A DNA stretch of 64,000 bases from Candidatus Latescibacterota bacterium. Lineage in GTDB: Bacteria > Latescibacterota > UBA2968 > UBA8231. The stretch lies in contig CBDAOB010000001.1 in the NCBI GenBank assembly GCA_965197905.1, positions 131,332 to 195,331 on the forward strand, written 5' to 3'. Made by a program: the position numbers and the translations under genes. This document shows, in pieces, positions 20,219 to 31,417 of this stretch (positions are counted from its first letter, which is position 1; each line of letters begins with the position of its first letter). The notes beneath the pieces were generated by a model, which was not told where the DNA came from, ran no database searches, and saw only the letters and a list, made by a program, of their open reading frames with translations.

Positions 20219-22735
20219 ATGATGCTTAGGACTGCCTGTTTGCTCCTGCTCAGCCTGTCCTTCCCGGTGCACGCCGAAGAGCCCACGCTGGCTCGGTTGT
20301 CCTTCTGGGTGCCGCCGGAGCGGAAGGTCGAGTTCAAGGCGGTGTACGACGAGCAGGTCGTGCCCCTGCTTAAGCAGCACGGTCTCGTAGAATCTTCCCA
20401 GCGCGGGCGGGCGACGGTGGACAGCGTGTTCAGCCGGCTATTCGCCGTAGAAACCCCGGCCGCAATCGCTGCCCAAGAGCAAGCGCTCGAGGACGATCCG
20501 GCGTGGCAGAATGTCTTGAGAAATTTACGGACGACCTTTGAAACCGCCGGAGCAGACGATGCCATGCGCCATCGTTTCGGGCTCTACACCGCCCCGGCCG
20601 GAGCGGTCAAAACCGTGCTGGCCGGTCCGGGATTCCGGCAGGGCTTGTGGCAGAACTTCAGTAGCCAGGACGGTCTCCCGACCTATTTCGTAGGTAACAT
20701 CCTGCAGGATCGGGAGGGCCATCTGTGGTTTGGCATGGGTAGAGTGGGCGTGGCGCGCTATGATGGAACCCACTTCACCACCTTTACCTCCAAGGAGGAC
20801 CTGGCGGGCAATATGGTGGGATCCATGTGGGAGGATCGGGAAGGGAACCTGTGGTTCGGCACGGGGGGAGGTGGCGTGATGCGCTACGATGGAACCCACT
20901 TCACGGCCTTCACGACCGAAGATGGCCTGGCGGACAATAGGGTGTCGTCCATAGGGGAGGATCGGCAAGGGAACCTGTGGTTTGGCACTTGGGAAGGCGG
21001 CGTGAGTCGTTATGACGGGCACAAGTTTGTCACCTTCACTGCCCAAGATGGCCTGGCGGACAATAGGGTGTCGTCCATAGCGGAGGATCGGCAAGGGAAC
21101 CTGTGGTTTGGCACTTGGGAAGGCGGCGTGAGTCGTTATGACGGGCACAAGTTTGTCACCTTCACTGCCCAGGATGGCCTGGCAGATAATAGGGTGTCGT
21201 CCATAGCGGAGGATCGGCAAGGGAACCTGTGGTTTGGCACTTGGGAAGGCGGCGTGAGTCGATTTGATGGAACGCACTTCACGGTCTTCACTACCGAAGA
21301 TGGCCTGGCGCACAATAGGGTGGGGTCCATTGAGAAGGATCGGGAAGGGAACCTGTGGTTCGGCACTTATGAAGGCGCAAGTCGCTATGATGGAACGCAG
21401 TTTACCACGTTCACCACCGCGGAGGGCCTAGCTAGTAATCTAGTGGAGGCCCTGTTGGAGGATCGGGCAGAATATCTCTGGGTCGGGACTCGGCATGGGG
21501 GTGTGAGTCGATATGATAAAGCGCAGTTCGCCCATTTTACTGCCCAGGATGGCCTGGCAGTCGGTTATGTGTCGTCCATTTTGGAGGATCGGCAAGGAAC
21601 GCTGTGGTTCGGGACTCGGGGCGGCGTGAGTCAATTTGATGGAACGCAGTTTGTCACCTTCACTGCTAAAGACGGCCTGGCTAATAATGGGGTGCAATCC
21701 ATGCTGGAGGATCGCCACGGCCATCTGTGGTTTGGTACGTATGGCGGCGGCGCAAGTCGCTATGATGGGCAGGAGTTTGTCACCTTCACTACCGAAGACG
21801 GCCTGGCGGGCAATATAGTATGGTCCATTGAGGAGGATCAACAAGGGAACCTGTGGTTCGGCACTGGGGAAGGCGCAAGTCGCTATGATGGAAAACACTT
21901 CACCACCTTCACCACCGACAATACCGAAGGAGGGCTGGCGGACAACGTAGTGTATCGCATGCTGGAGGATCGGCAAGGCACGCTGTGGTTTATCGGCGGC
22001 AGTAATGTGAGGGGTGTAAGCAATGTGAGTCGCTACGATGGCACCCACTTCACCCCCATGGATGGTCTGCCTAGCAAGAGAGCACGGACTCTACTGGAGG
22101 ACCGGCAAGGTCATCTGTGGTTCGCGACTTGGGATGCCGGCGGCGTGAGTCGCTATGATGGGCAGGAGTTTGTTACCTTCACTACCCAAGACGGCCTGGT
22201 GGAACCGTGGATAGAGACCCTACTAGAGGATCGGCAAGGTCATCTGTGGTTCGGATCTCGCAATGGCGGCGTGAGTCGCTATGATGGGCAGGTGTTCCAG
22301 ACCCTGTCCAGGCAAGATGGATTGGTAAATAATACCGTTTACGACATTCACCAGGACCGCCAGGGAGATATCTGGATTGCCACGGGAGGCGGCCTCACCC
22401 GCTATCGGTCCCAGCACACCTCGCTCCCGGCCATTCACCTCACCAATGTGATCGCCGATCGCCTGTACGGATCGGTTCAGGAGATTCGCTTACCTTCGTC
22501 GCAGCCATTCCTCATCTTCGAGTTCGAGGGCAGGAGCATGACCACGCGACCGGACGGCATGGTCTATGTGTACCGATTGCAAGGCTACGAGGACGAGTGG
22601 CGCTCGACACGCACAACCCGCGTGGACTACACCGACCTTCCACGGGGAGACTATGTGTTTCAAGTGAAGGCCGTGGACCGCGATTTAAACTATTCGGAGG
22701 TACCAGCAGAGGTGCGGGTGACGATCCATCGTTGA
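20219..22735 (+). CDS. two-component regulator propeller (Reg_prop) plus Y_Y_Y sensor, ending without TM or output domain
   Basis: About 14 EDRQGNLWFGT..GGVSRYDG repeats; YVYRLQGY...YTDLPRGDYVFQVKAVD; stop right after Y_Y_Y. Confidence 0.85.
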   Translation: MMLRTACLLLLSLSFPVHAEEPTLARLSFWVPPERKVEFKAVYDEQVVPLLKQHGLVESSQRGRATVDSVFSRLFAVETPAAIAAQEQALEDDPAWQNVLRNLRTTFETAGADDAMRHRFGLYTAPAGAVKTVLAGPGFRQGLWQNFSSQDGLPTYFVGNILQDREGHLWFGMGRVGVARYDGTHFTTFTSKEDLAGNMVGSMWEDREGNLWFGTGGGGVMRYDGTHFTAFTTEDGLADNRVSSIGEDRQGNLWFGTWEGGVSRYDGHKFVTFTAQDGLADNRVSSIAEDRQGNLWFGTWEGGVSRYDGHKFVTFTAQDGLADNRVSSIAEDRQGNLWFGTWEGGVSRFDGTHFTVFTTEDGLAHNRVGSIEKDREGNLWFGTYEGASRYDGTQFTTFTTAEGLASNLVEALLEDRAEYLWVGTRHGGVSRYDKAQFAHFTAQDGLAVGYVSSILEDRQGTLWFGTRGGVSQFDGTQFVTFTAKDGLANNGVQSMLEDRHGHLWFGTYGGGASRYDGQEFVTFTTEDGLAGNIVWSIEEDQQGNLWFGTGEGASRYDGKHFTTFTTDNTEGGLADNVVYRMLEDRQGTLWFIGGSNVRGVSNVSRYDGTHFTPMDGLPSKRARTLLEDRQGHLWFATWDAGGVSRYDGQEFVTFTTQDGLVEPWIETLLEDRQGHLWFGSRNGGVSRYDGQVFQTLSRQDGLVNNTVYDIHQDRQGDIWIATGGGLTRYRSQHTSLPAIHLTNVIADRLYGSVQEIRLPSSQPFLIFEFEGRSMTTRPDGMVYVYRLQGYEDEWRSTRTTRVDYTDLPRGDYVFQVKAVDRDLNYSEVPAEVRVTIHR
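20921..21300 (+). repeat. three near-identical 126-bp tandem coding repeats
   Basis: GATGGCCTGGCGGACAATAGGGTGTCGTCCATAG... units start near 20921, 21047 and 21173. Confidence 0.85.
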
Positions 22736-22891
22736 AGTAATCCTTCAAGAAAGGAGAATTTCACGCTGGATGATGACGCCTTGCTTGAACAAGCATTACA
22801 TGTAATTCCGATACATCGAGAAACACCCGGAACCTGAGAAGACGTATTGATACGGAGGGCTGTTCCTCCGCAATCTACGAGCATCCCCGGC

Positions 22892-23125
22892 CTAATTCCG
22901 AGACATCACGCCCTCCATATATCCCATCAATTTCGAAAGTAGCCTGTTGGTCTCCTGCTGCTGATGGATCATTTCGTCCATCTTCCCTTCCAACGTTCTC
23001 AGACGACCGTCCCCGCCGTTCCGTTCGCTGCGGTTCCCCAGGTATCGAATCAACAGTAGCGTTCCCGCAGCGCCCGATCCAGCTCCTCTTCCTCGAGCCG
23101 CCCGTCCTCCAGCGCATTGTCCCAA
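22892..23125 (-). pseudogene. phage-type small TM/coiled-coil protein remnant
   Basis: GTLLLIRYLG...RLRTLEGKMDEMIHQQQETNRLLSKLMGYMEG; 5' end unclear. Confidence 0.35.
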
Positions 23126-23377
23126 AATTTAACTGTCCTTCAGTCGGAGTCGTGCAGGGTCGATGCGCCCGGATTCTTGAAACTAAAGCGCTCTAGTATC
23201 TACACAATTCCACGAAGGCCACAGATAAATTGAATTGAAACTGCGATTTACAGAAAATCCCCCTTGCGGAATTCTGTTGAGACACAGAGACAGAAATATT
23301 CCAACAGTTTCGCTTTTCGTTCGTTTTACTAAGAAACGCCACTGAGCGTACAAGACCAAGCACGAAAGGGGCACATA

Positions 23378-24070
23378 ATGGAATCCGAGCAGACTGATAT
23401 TACTGATGATACCGGGAAAATCGAGAACACTGGCGTCTTGGACTTTTCAGGCATGAAATCGGACGCAGAGTTGGAGAAAATCAAGGGTATTAAGAACGTC
23501 GGTGTGATTCTCATTCCTGAGTCTCTACAGCACGCTCTTGCTGGAATTTCGATGATGAATGTGGGAGCAACCGTCCCAATCCCTGATGGGGCAAACGTCA
23601 GCGTTCAGACTGGGATGATCAAGATGACTGGAGAAGCGTTCGCAACCTGCGACGAGGATGCTATTATGGTTCTCGTAGGGATGGTGTTCGTGACATCGAG
23701 AATAGAAACGGTTGCGGCCAAACAGCTTATTGTCTCTGGTCAGATTCTCGCACCGGTTGGGAGTGAGGCGGCCCTCGGTGCCGGCATCTCCCGTTTGACT
23801 GGCCAGGTAATCTACTATTCAGGTGATGTACCCAAACTATTTATCGGTGAAGATTCGTTGGCAAGCGAATACTTCGGGCTACTTGAGAACAAGATATCGA
23901 TGATTATTGTCGGCGAGATGACGCTCGAATCCGACGTAACGACTGAAACGCTAAAGGAAAAAGTCAGCGGAATCCTTCTCGTAGGAAAGCTCCGTGTGCC
24001 CAGGAAACTGTTAGCCACGGTGCAGTACCTTACCACAGAGAAAATGGGCGTTTACGAAGTAACGCACTGA
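23378..24070 (+). CDS. hypothetical beta-rich protein heading an ECF operon
   Basis: 230-aa ORF with recurring NVG/VG units; AAC-N16-CGT ECF-like promoter at 23303-23324. Confidence 0.75.
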   Translation: MESEQTDITDDTGKIENTGVLDFSGMKSDAELEKIKGIKNVGVILIPESLQHALAGISMMNVGATVPIPDGANVSVQTGMIKMTGEAFATCDEDAIMVLVGMVFVTSRIETVAAKQLIVSGQILAPVGSEAALGAGISRLTGQVIYYSGDVPKLFIGEDSLASEYFGLLENKISMIIVGEMTLESDVTTETLKEKVSGILLVGKLRVPRKLLATVQYLTTEKMGVYEVTH

Positions 24071-24085
24071 TTGGTGATTGTTTGA

Positions 24086-24631
24086 ATGCACGACCATCAG
24101 CTTGTCTTTGACAGGATCTATCGCGAACATATTCGTGCTCTTCATTCTTTCCTTATCGGCAAAACGGGAAATCCTCAAGTCGCTCTGGATCTTCTCCAGG
24201 ACACGTTTCTTCGCGTCTGGCGCAGTATTCAGAGGACCGCAGATCTAAAGTCAGAGCAATTGGGACCGTGGGTGTTTTCTATTGCACGAAATCTCCTAAT
24301 TGACTACTACCGGAATCAAGCCAGGGAATCAGTCAAAGAAAAAGCGATAGGACAACGTGCGCGTGAGATGCCCCTACCGGAAAGTGACGCACAAACCGTA
24401 CTGGCAGCTAAGGAGCAACTTGCCCTGGCAGATGCTGCCATAAGAGACCTTCCGGATGACCAACGAACGGTCCTTCTTATGACCGTGGTAGGAGAAATGT
24501 CGAGCACAAAGATTGCCCAACTTCTAGAAGTTCCCGCCGGTACCGTTCGCTACAAACTATCTTTGGCTCGAAGGACACTGGTAGAAAAACTTCGATTACA
24601 TGAGACGATGGAGAATAGTCGACAGGTTTGA
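24086..24631 (+). CDS. ECF sigma-70 factor
   Basis: ALDLLQDTFLRVW, WVFSIARNLLIDYYR, IAQLLEVPAGTVRYKLSLAR. Confidence 0.92.
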   Translation: MHDHQLVFDRIYREHIRALHSFLIGKTGNPQVALDLLQDTFLRVWRSIQRTADLKSEQLGPWVFSIARNLLIDYYRNQARESVKEKAIGQRAREMPLPESDAQTVLAAKEQLALADAAIRDLPDDQRTVLLMTVVGEMSSTKIAQLLEVPAGTVRYKLSLARRTLVEKLRLHETMENSRQV

Positions 24632-24632
24632 C

Positions 24633-24953
24633 ATGACGAATTCAGCTATCCCACAAAATGCGGCTCAAGCATTGGATGCGATATTGACAGCGTGGTCGGA
24701 AAGTCACCGTCTTTCAGTCGAGCAAATCGAAACCATCCGCGCCTCACTTATCAAAGATTCCGAAGTCATGAGTTATGAGTGGTGGTGGACACTGTTCAAA
24801 GGCATTGGACTCGTAAATCCTGGCAACACGAGTACCCAAGACAGCATCCGTTCCCTAGCCTCACAGGCCATTGCTCGTGCGCTGCCCGTTCCGGCTCATG
24901 GATTCGTTGGGCCAGCTGAATTTCAGCTCTATATGCGCCACCAAGTAGCCTGA
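24633..24953 (+). CDS. hypothetical protein, candidate anti-sigma
   Basis: Starts immediately after the sigma stop codon. Confidence 0.55.
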   Translation: MTNSAIPQNAAQALDAILTAWSESHRLSVEQIETIRASLIKDSEVMSYEWWWTLFKGIGLVNPGNTSTQDSIRSLASQAIARALPVPAHGFVGPAEFQLYMRHQVA

Positions 24954-25049
24954 CCGGACCGTCGTTTCGCCTCGCCGAGTCGGGGCAATCTTCTCTCCAC
25001 CCTCAACCTGGAAAAACCCAGCCTAATGCCGACTCCGCGAGTGTCTATG

Positions 25050-25201
25050 TTGCTGTTGCCGGCGTTACGGACCAGCGTATTGAGCTCGGTGTCGGTGGTC
25101 TGCCAGCCCTTGAGGCGCCGGGTGGATTCGGCGGCCTCGTGGGCGGTGGCCGTGCCGATAAGCACTTTGCCGGCTGCGCGGATATTGTCGAGAATTCCCA
25201 A
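25050..25201 (-). pseudogene. lambda-family phage portal N-terminal remnant
   Basis: GILDNIRAA...AHEAAESTRRLKGWQTTDTELNTLVRN, then the similarity is lost. Confidence 0.55.
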
Positions 25202-25210
25202 ATTTTGTCC

Positions 25211-25266
25211 AAAAAAAAGACCCCGACCGATGAACAGCGTAGTTGCCGTCCTTCAGCCGGGGTCGT
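25211..25266 (-). terminator. hairpin plus U8 upstream of the portal remnant
   Basis: GACCCCGGCTGA.../...TCGGTCGGGGTC TTTTTTTT. Confidence 0.55.
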
Positions 25267-25542
25267 ACGAGTTCGATAGGCCGGGATGTTGTGTTTACGT
25301 TTTGACACTATTGGATTCTACATGATAGGTCCGTCCGTCCGCCAACAATTGCCATCGTTTTCAAGTAAATCGAGCCTGGGCATCCCTGTCAAGAAGAACT
25401 AACAACCGGAATTTTGTATTCGCGAATGTGCTTTCGCATGCATAATTTTGTGACTAGCCGTTCGCACGTTCAATAATGTTCCCGCTGTTAAATTGGGTTT
25501 ATCGAATCGACATCGAGGCGGGAGTCAGGTACCAATACGCAG

Positions 25543-26388
25543 ATGACCAGCACGCCTTTACCTGCGGACATCGCAGAAGTCGCAGCAGACATCGCGAGGA
25601 CGCCGCAGTTCCTCTACAAGTACGTTGCAGAGGACGGAAAGCGGTTGGCTTGGCTCACAGCTAACATATCGAACTCGACGCTGTACTTCTCGACCCGAGA
25701 TGAGCTGAACGACCCATTCGAGTTTGGTGGGATCCCTTCTTTCGATGCTACGCCCCAGGAGGTCAGGGCCTGGTGTGCGCAACATATCAATCCTTCGGGA
25801 TACGGGCATCAGGACTACACAGAGAGAATCGAGGAGCTTGTGGAGGCAACCAGAGACCCTGATCAAGCAGCCTACGAGGCTAGAAAATTCCTTCAGGTTC
25901 AAGATGAGACGACCGCAATACTGAGTTTGTCGGAGGTGCCAGACAGCCTCGCTATGTGGAGCTACTACGCCGATGGCCACAGGGGTGTCTCCCTTATCCT
26001 CGAAACATCGTTGGAGACGATCGCATCGTTCTCAGAACAGCCCGTGCCTTATCCCGTGCGGGTCTCGTACCGAGCCAAGATGCCAGTCTATCAGTTTTTC
26101 GCTGTCAGCGAGAGAGAGTTCACCAAAGTTACGATAGGCACGAAAATGCAAGCCATGAAAGAGGAGAGGGAGTGGCGTCTTGTGCAGCCAATCTCGAACC
26201 CAACACTGAAGGGTCTCCGGGCAGTGCCACCGCAGATGATCTGCGGAGTGATCCTTGGCGCCAGAATAACGGCCAACGTACGAAGTCGCGTGGTTGGAGC
26301 GTGTCGAAGGGCGCAGTTCCCGATCCTTCTGTACGAGGCTATCCTCGGTAGGGATAGATACGGGCTACGGATCCAAGAGGCTAGTTAG
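25543..26388 (+). CDS. DUF2971-domain protein
   Basis: LYKY, LNDPFE, SLAMWSYYADGHRGV, EEREWR, ICGVILG. Confidence 0.85.
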   Translation: MTSTPLPADIAEVAADIARTPQFLYKYVAEDGKRLAWLTANISNSTLYFSTRDELNDPFEFGGIPSFDATPQEVRAWCAQHINPSGYGHQDYTERIEELVEATRDPDQAAYEARKFLQVQDETTAILSLSEVPDSLAMWSYYADGHRGVSLILETSLETIASFSEQPVPYPVRVSYRAKMPVYQFFAVSEREFTKVTIGTKMQAMKEEREWRLVQPISNPTLKGLRAVPPQMICGVILGARITANVRSRVVGACRRAQFPILLYEAILGRDRYGLRIQEAS

Positions 26389-26525
26389 CACTACTGTTCC
26401 CTGAGAGAGCAGATTGTGAATATGCCCTGGATCAGTGATTCACCGGACTGGATCGCGGTCGCTGAGCCCGCGGAGATTCCTCCGCCCAGGTGATTATATC
26501 AATGTAGTCCCGAGTGAGGCCAATA

Positions 26526-27661
26526 ATGAGTGATTCAACGGAAGAGAATGGTGCAAAAAACGTCGCCCAACAGGAGGACGGTGTTGTCACAGCTCTCCAG
26601 CAACTCCTCCCTACGGAGCTTGTTACGCAGCTTGAGGAGAGAGATGGGGCTGCTATTCTGGCTGAGGAGTTGCCTAACACATTCACAGCCTCGGAAGTTG
26701 TCTCGGCGACAAGTGAGGCCTCAAGGGCGTGGGAGCTGGTAGGTATCTACTATTTACAGCGTAACCGCTTTTTCGAGGCGATCTCAGTATTCAGCGGCCT
26801 ATACTACCAACTGCTGGCCGCACAGGCTGAAGCAGGACAAATGGCATCAGAAAGGGATGCCTTTGGTTTGGATGCGAGATGCATATCTGCACCTGCGCAT
26901 GCCTGTACTCGCCACGCGCTACCTGATGTTGACTCTCTGCGAAGATGCAATCCGATCAGAAGGCAATATTCCACCTGGCCAGAGCGGGGTGTACCACCGA
27001 GCTGTGTGGGAGCAGGGGCTGGCTCATAGCGAACTCCTACGGTACACCCACGAGGTCTGGAGTTTGCACTTAAAGAAGCCGTTAGAATCACGATATCCAG
27101 AGTGGATCCTTCAGGAGCTGGATCAGGAATGGATGCAAGAGTCCCCAAGTGAACGGGAGACAACCTACTATGTAACAAATGTGCGTGTTGGTCGATGGAT
27201 TAGGCGACAAGTCTGGAAAGACCTTGGAGCGTCTGGCTTCATACCTTATGGCGTGCATGCCTGGATGTCGCGCTTACACCCGTCAACGGAGCCACTCTAC
27301 CGATTACGACGTAGTCTGCGCGCTTGAGGGCATCTACGCTGATTTCCGATCAGAGCTTGGCCGCTACATCGTCTGTGAATGCAAAGATTGGAGTAGGCCT
27401 GCCAACTTCACCACGATGGCCAAGTTATGTCGCGTTCTCGACTCAGTGAAGTCAAGATTTGGCATCCTCTTCTCGCGCAGGGGGATTTCTGGTGCCGGAA
27501 GAACAACACAAGCAGAGCGTGAGCAGCTCAAAGTGTTCCAAGATAGGGGTATGGTCATAGCAGTCATCGACGAAGACGACCTAAATCGAGTCGCCAATGG
27601 CGCCAACATGGTTTCAGTACTACGGGAGAAGTATGAGCACGTACGCCTGGATCTTCAGTAG
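26526..27661 (+). pseudogene. helical N-terminus plus Mrr-like PD-(D/E)XK endonuclease, two frameshifts (~26840, ~27180)
   Basis: Three overlapping ORFs; GKTLERLASYL, TDYDVVC, IVCECKDW, FGILFSRRGISG. Confidence 0.75.
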
Positions 27662-27844
27662 TGAGAGGACGGCGATGCGCAAAGCCCTGTCAGAGAGCAG
27701 TTGATGTGGCCGAGCAAGGCAATGTACCTGACGGACTTCATAGGTGGATCTAAGACTGTTGATGATTCGACGGGCGAGATCGCTAAATCGTGATCGACAG
27801 TGTTCCCGCCCGTAGGTCAACCCTGCGTAGGCGTTCGGATACCA

Positions 27845-28659
27845 ATGAGAATTCCACCATTCGGTGAGCCAATCCTTGAGCAAGTTTGTAATGTTCTCGG
27901 TGACACCCAGACGGGCTCACTGGTAGCGAAATTGGTCGATATCTTCAGGAATGCGGTATTGCGGACCCGAATCCGGGAATGACAAAACGTATCCGCCTGT
28001 TCGATGCCCTCGCCGCCCGACAAAAAGCAGACAGTTGTGCCAATAACGTGTGCGCCTTCATTCAAAGAGTGATGAATCCCGTTCTCTACGTACAGTCGCC
28101 GGACTACTTTAGCAAGAAGCAGGATGAACTGAATCGCGTCCTGTCGTTTGAGGGACTCCGACTAACCGATGAGGGTAGGCTGGAGCGAAGCGAGCAAGCA
28201 CGAACTATATCCCACGCAGAAGCGGCTGCCAATCGACTTCGTGGCAAACTGATTGACCGTGGTGTCCATCAGGACGTATTACGATTCTGTCGCGCCGAGC
28301 TCGTTGAAGGCAATTACTTTCATGCCGTGCTCGAGGCTGCGAAAAGCGTATCCCAGAAGATAAGAGACAAAACAGGACTAGTATCAGATGCTGCAGAATT
28401 GGTTGACCAGGCTTTTGGAATTGGGAAGAACCCCTATCCGGTCTTTGCCTTTAACGCACTTTCTACGGAATCCGAAAGGAGCGAGCACAGAGGGCTAACG
28501 AACCTCATGAAGGGTTTCTTTGGAGCATTCCGAAACCCAACCGCGCACGCACCGCGCATCTCCTGGAGCATTTCTGAACACGACGCCCTCGACATGATGA
28601 CAATTGCGTCTCTCCTGCATCGCAGACTGGATGAAGCAGTAAAAACTCCCCGGAACTGA
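27845..28659 (+). CDS. TIGR02391-family protein; 1-nt frameshift in a G run near 27913
   Basis: LGDT..GLTGSEI recovered by adding one G; NYFHAVLEAAKS, SEHRGL, FRNPTAH (HEPN-like RxxxxH). Confidence 0.85.
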
Positions 28660-28720
28660 TGTTGCCGTGGTTCTACCTAGCGCAGCCGATGCAGCCTGAC
28701 AAGGATCTTATTCACGCCCT

Positions 28721-29536
28721 ATGACCGATGAACGCTTTTCCGCCCGACACGGATTTCGTAAGACCCACGAAGTCGACATCACGATTCGTCATGATGCACC
28801 GAACGAGTTTCGTGGTGTGCTTGTTGATCTCGCGTACGAGTGCGGTTATCGCCCAAAATCGCTTCGGAATCTCGTTTGCCGCGTGTTACGGAGGCGACCG
28901 GATCCTAACAATTGGTCGGAGTACCCGAACGTCGACCGAGAGATCCGCGACCTACTCGACGATTGCGAGTGGCATCGCGTTTACGACGTTGTGGAAGTCC
29001 TATCCACGGAAATGGCCGCGTCTCCAATCTCGTTCGCAGTGGAGAGATTTCAGTCTGAACTTAATCTGTACTTCGCGGAAACAGGTATCGGTTGGAAACT
29101 AGTCGACGGCCACATCGAAGTGCGTGCCCCAGAAGCATTGCAGCGTACGTTGGAGACAGCAGAGAAGACTCTGGATTCAGCTAGTCTGCCGACTGCTCGG
29201 CAGGAACTTAAGGAAGGCCTCGGCGATCTATCGCGACGTCCAGATCCAGATGTCTCGGGCGCTATACAGCACTCGGTGGCCGCTCTCGAATGCGTAGCAC
29301 GTGAGGTTGCAGGTGATCCAAAAGCCACACTCGGCGAGATCATAAAACGAGGTTCTCTGCAAATTCCTAAGCCATTGGACGACTCAGTAGCTAAGGCGTG
29401 GGCTTTCGCCTCGGAATATGCACGGCACATTCGTGAAGGCAGGACGTCGACTTACAAAGAGGCCGAGCTTGTCGTGGGTGTATGCGCCACGCTCTGTACA
29501 TACCTTGCGAAAAAGAACGACAGTGGAACAGAATGA
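28721..29536 (+). CDS. AbiJ-NTD-like protein
   Basis: FSARHGF, WHRVYDVVE, GIGWKLVDG, ALECVAR, ATLGEII, RHIREG. Confidence 0.72.
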   Translation: MTDERFSARHGFRKTHEVDITIRHDAPNEFRGVLVDLAYECGYRPKSLRNLVCRVLRRRPDPNNWSEYPNVDREIRDLLDDCEWHRVYDVVEVLSTEMAASPISFAVERFQSELNLYFAETGIGWKLVDGHIEVRAPEALQRTLETAEKTLDSASLPTARQELKEGLGDLSRRPDPDVSGAIQHSVAALECVAREVAGDPKATLGEIIKRGSLQIPKPLDDSVAKAWAFASEYARHIREGRTSTYKEAELVVGVCATLCTYLAKKNDSGTE

Positions 29537-29884
29537 ATCCCCGTCAACTGCCTCTCCTCATAGCTATTGAGTTAAGGCCGACCAGTCGTTGCGATATGAC
29601 CATAAGTCTCGCTTTGCTTGTCGGCGCAATTGAACCCTACTCACACGCTGTCTGATTTCTCAGAATCTCAAGCGAGGGGCGGAGGATTTCAATTAGATCC
29701 CCAGGCTTCCCATGAATTTCCACTTTGCACATCGTCCGACCCTTGTGCTGCGTGAAGTAGACGTTCGTCGCATCGAGACCGGACGCCATCCAATCGCGAA
29801 GTAACGTGGCTGGGGCGTCACGCTGACATCGCTCGTGCTGCACCTCGGCCTGAACACGAACGGCGCGCCGCGACTGCTGCACTT

Positions 29885-30020
29885 CTACAATCCCTTCGTT
29901 GCGTGCACCTGCACCTGACGTATCGCCCGCCGGCCGGCGTCGGCTTCGAGGGCCTCGAAGATCGTCGCCCTGATTGACTTCATCTCTTGTAGCGACCGGT
30001 AGGTGACCGATCGCCCGTGT
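29885..30020 (-). pseudogene. gpW-like head-tail joining protein C-terminal remnant
   Basis: GRSVTYRSLQEMKSIRATI...RRAIRQVQVHATKGL*. Confidence 0.65.
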
Positions 30021-30054
30021 GAACCGGTGGGTATTATGTGCACATGAGCTACGG

Positions 30055-30180
30055 GGAAACCGTCACCTCCCCGGTAGCCCAGAACACGACAACGGGCGCC
30101 GCACGTGTGGTGACGGCACCCGTTATCTCGTTGAAAATGCTTCACATGCTAACTAAGACGGGCTCATCTTCTCTGTCAAG
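30055..30180 (-). repeat. partial third copy of the phage late-leader repeat
   Basis: Closely matches 39785-39906 (GTGACGGCACCCGTT.TCTCGTTGAAAATGCTTCA...CTGTCAAG). Confidence 0.85.
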
Positions 30181-30665
30181 ATTCACTACCGTCCATGCGT
30201 CAGGATTTTCCTTGACACTGTCCACCTAATCGAAGTTTATTGCAGTCGTCCACTACCTCCTACTGAGGAGGCGTTTATGTTAGTTTCCGCCCACATCTGA
30301 AGGAATCTGCGTGAGGAATTCGATTCTGCGCATTTGCTGAACGGCGCTCGTTGACCGGCAGAATCGTTCAATCGTCCCTCCAAAGGCGGAGTGCGTCTTT
30401 CTCGCCGACTCCTTCCATCCGCTCAACATAATACAAAAATTACGCTTGGCCCCGGCATGCGTCTGCAACTGTCGCCGCGCGCCGCTATCAGTCTGTACGG
30501 GTACGGCACGTCTCAATATCCAGGCGTCGATTCAAGTTTGCGCTGGTGGGCAAGCGATTACGATGTCCGCATCCACTGCACCAGACTTATCGCAGTGATG
30601 ATGACGCCGGTTGGGGTTGCTACCCTGGGAACGGCCTGCACTTCTTGACTAAAAGGTGAATAGAG

Positions 30666-31230
30666 ATGAAGCATGAAAAGTACGATTATGACGAGATTTG
30701 GGAAGAAATATGGGGGCCTGGCGGCGTCGAACTCACAGAAACGTTGGCAGACAGCATGGCTCTTTCCCCCGGATCTAACGTTCTGGATGGTGGCGCCGGG
30801 TCAGGCGAGACTAGCTGTTTCTTGGCAGCAGAGTACAAATGGAATGTTCTGTCGGTCGAGATCGATCCTCAATATGTGCCCGCAATCCAGCGCAAGGCGT
30901 TACATATCGAAGTTTGCGAAACCGGGTGGACTGATCGGTATCGTTGTCCCCGGCATCAAAGAGGAATTCAACGACAAACCTCCCGAGCACCTCCGCGTTT
31001 GTTGGGAATGGGATTTCTGTAGCTTTCACGGCCCCCAGTGGTGGCGTAGGCACTGGGACAAGTCTGGGAAGGTGGCAGTAGAGGTATCCGACTTAGTACC
31101 TGATGGTTGGCATCATTGGTTCACTTGGGACGGGGTACTAGAGGGTACTGAGAAAAGGTGGCTCGAGATGCTCCAAGAGGATGCGGGCTGCAACTTAGGA
31201 TTCACTCGTCTTGTTGCCAGCAGACGGTGA
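30666..31230 (+). pseudogene. class I SAM methyltransferase, deleted and frameshifted
   Basis: VLDGGAGSGETSCFLA in one frame; KPGGLIG...FHGPQWWRRHW in another. Confidence 0.78.
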
Positions 31231-31417
31231 AAAATCTGGCCCACGGAATGCGTTCAGATTGTGTCCCACTTCATTTGACAGAGAGTTTCGCCCTGCGGCG
31301 CTGATCGCGCAGAGGAAAGTTACTCGTCTCCCTCGATTGGGAGACGAGTCTAAACAAGAACACGACCAACCTATATCCCTTAGACCTACATTGGGATTAA
31401 AGATGCATGAAACCTCT

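Noticed and set aside
20700..22400. Regular repeats resembling a CRISPR or other non-coding array
   Set aside because: They are in-frame 42-aa beta-propeller blades of one CDS; there are no unique spacers or cas genes.
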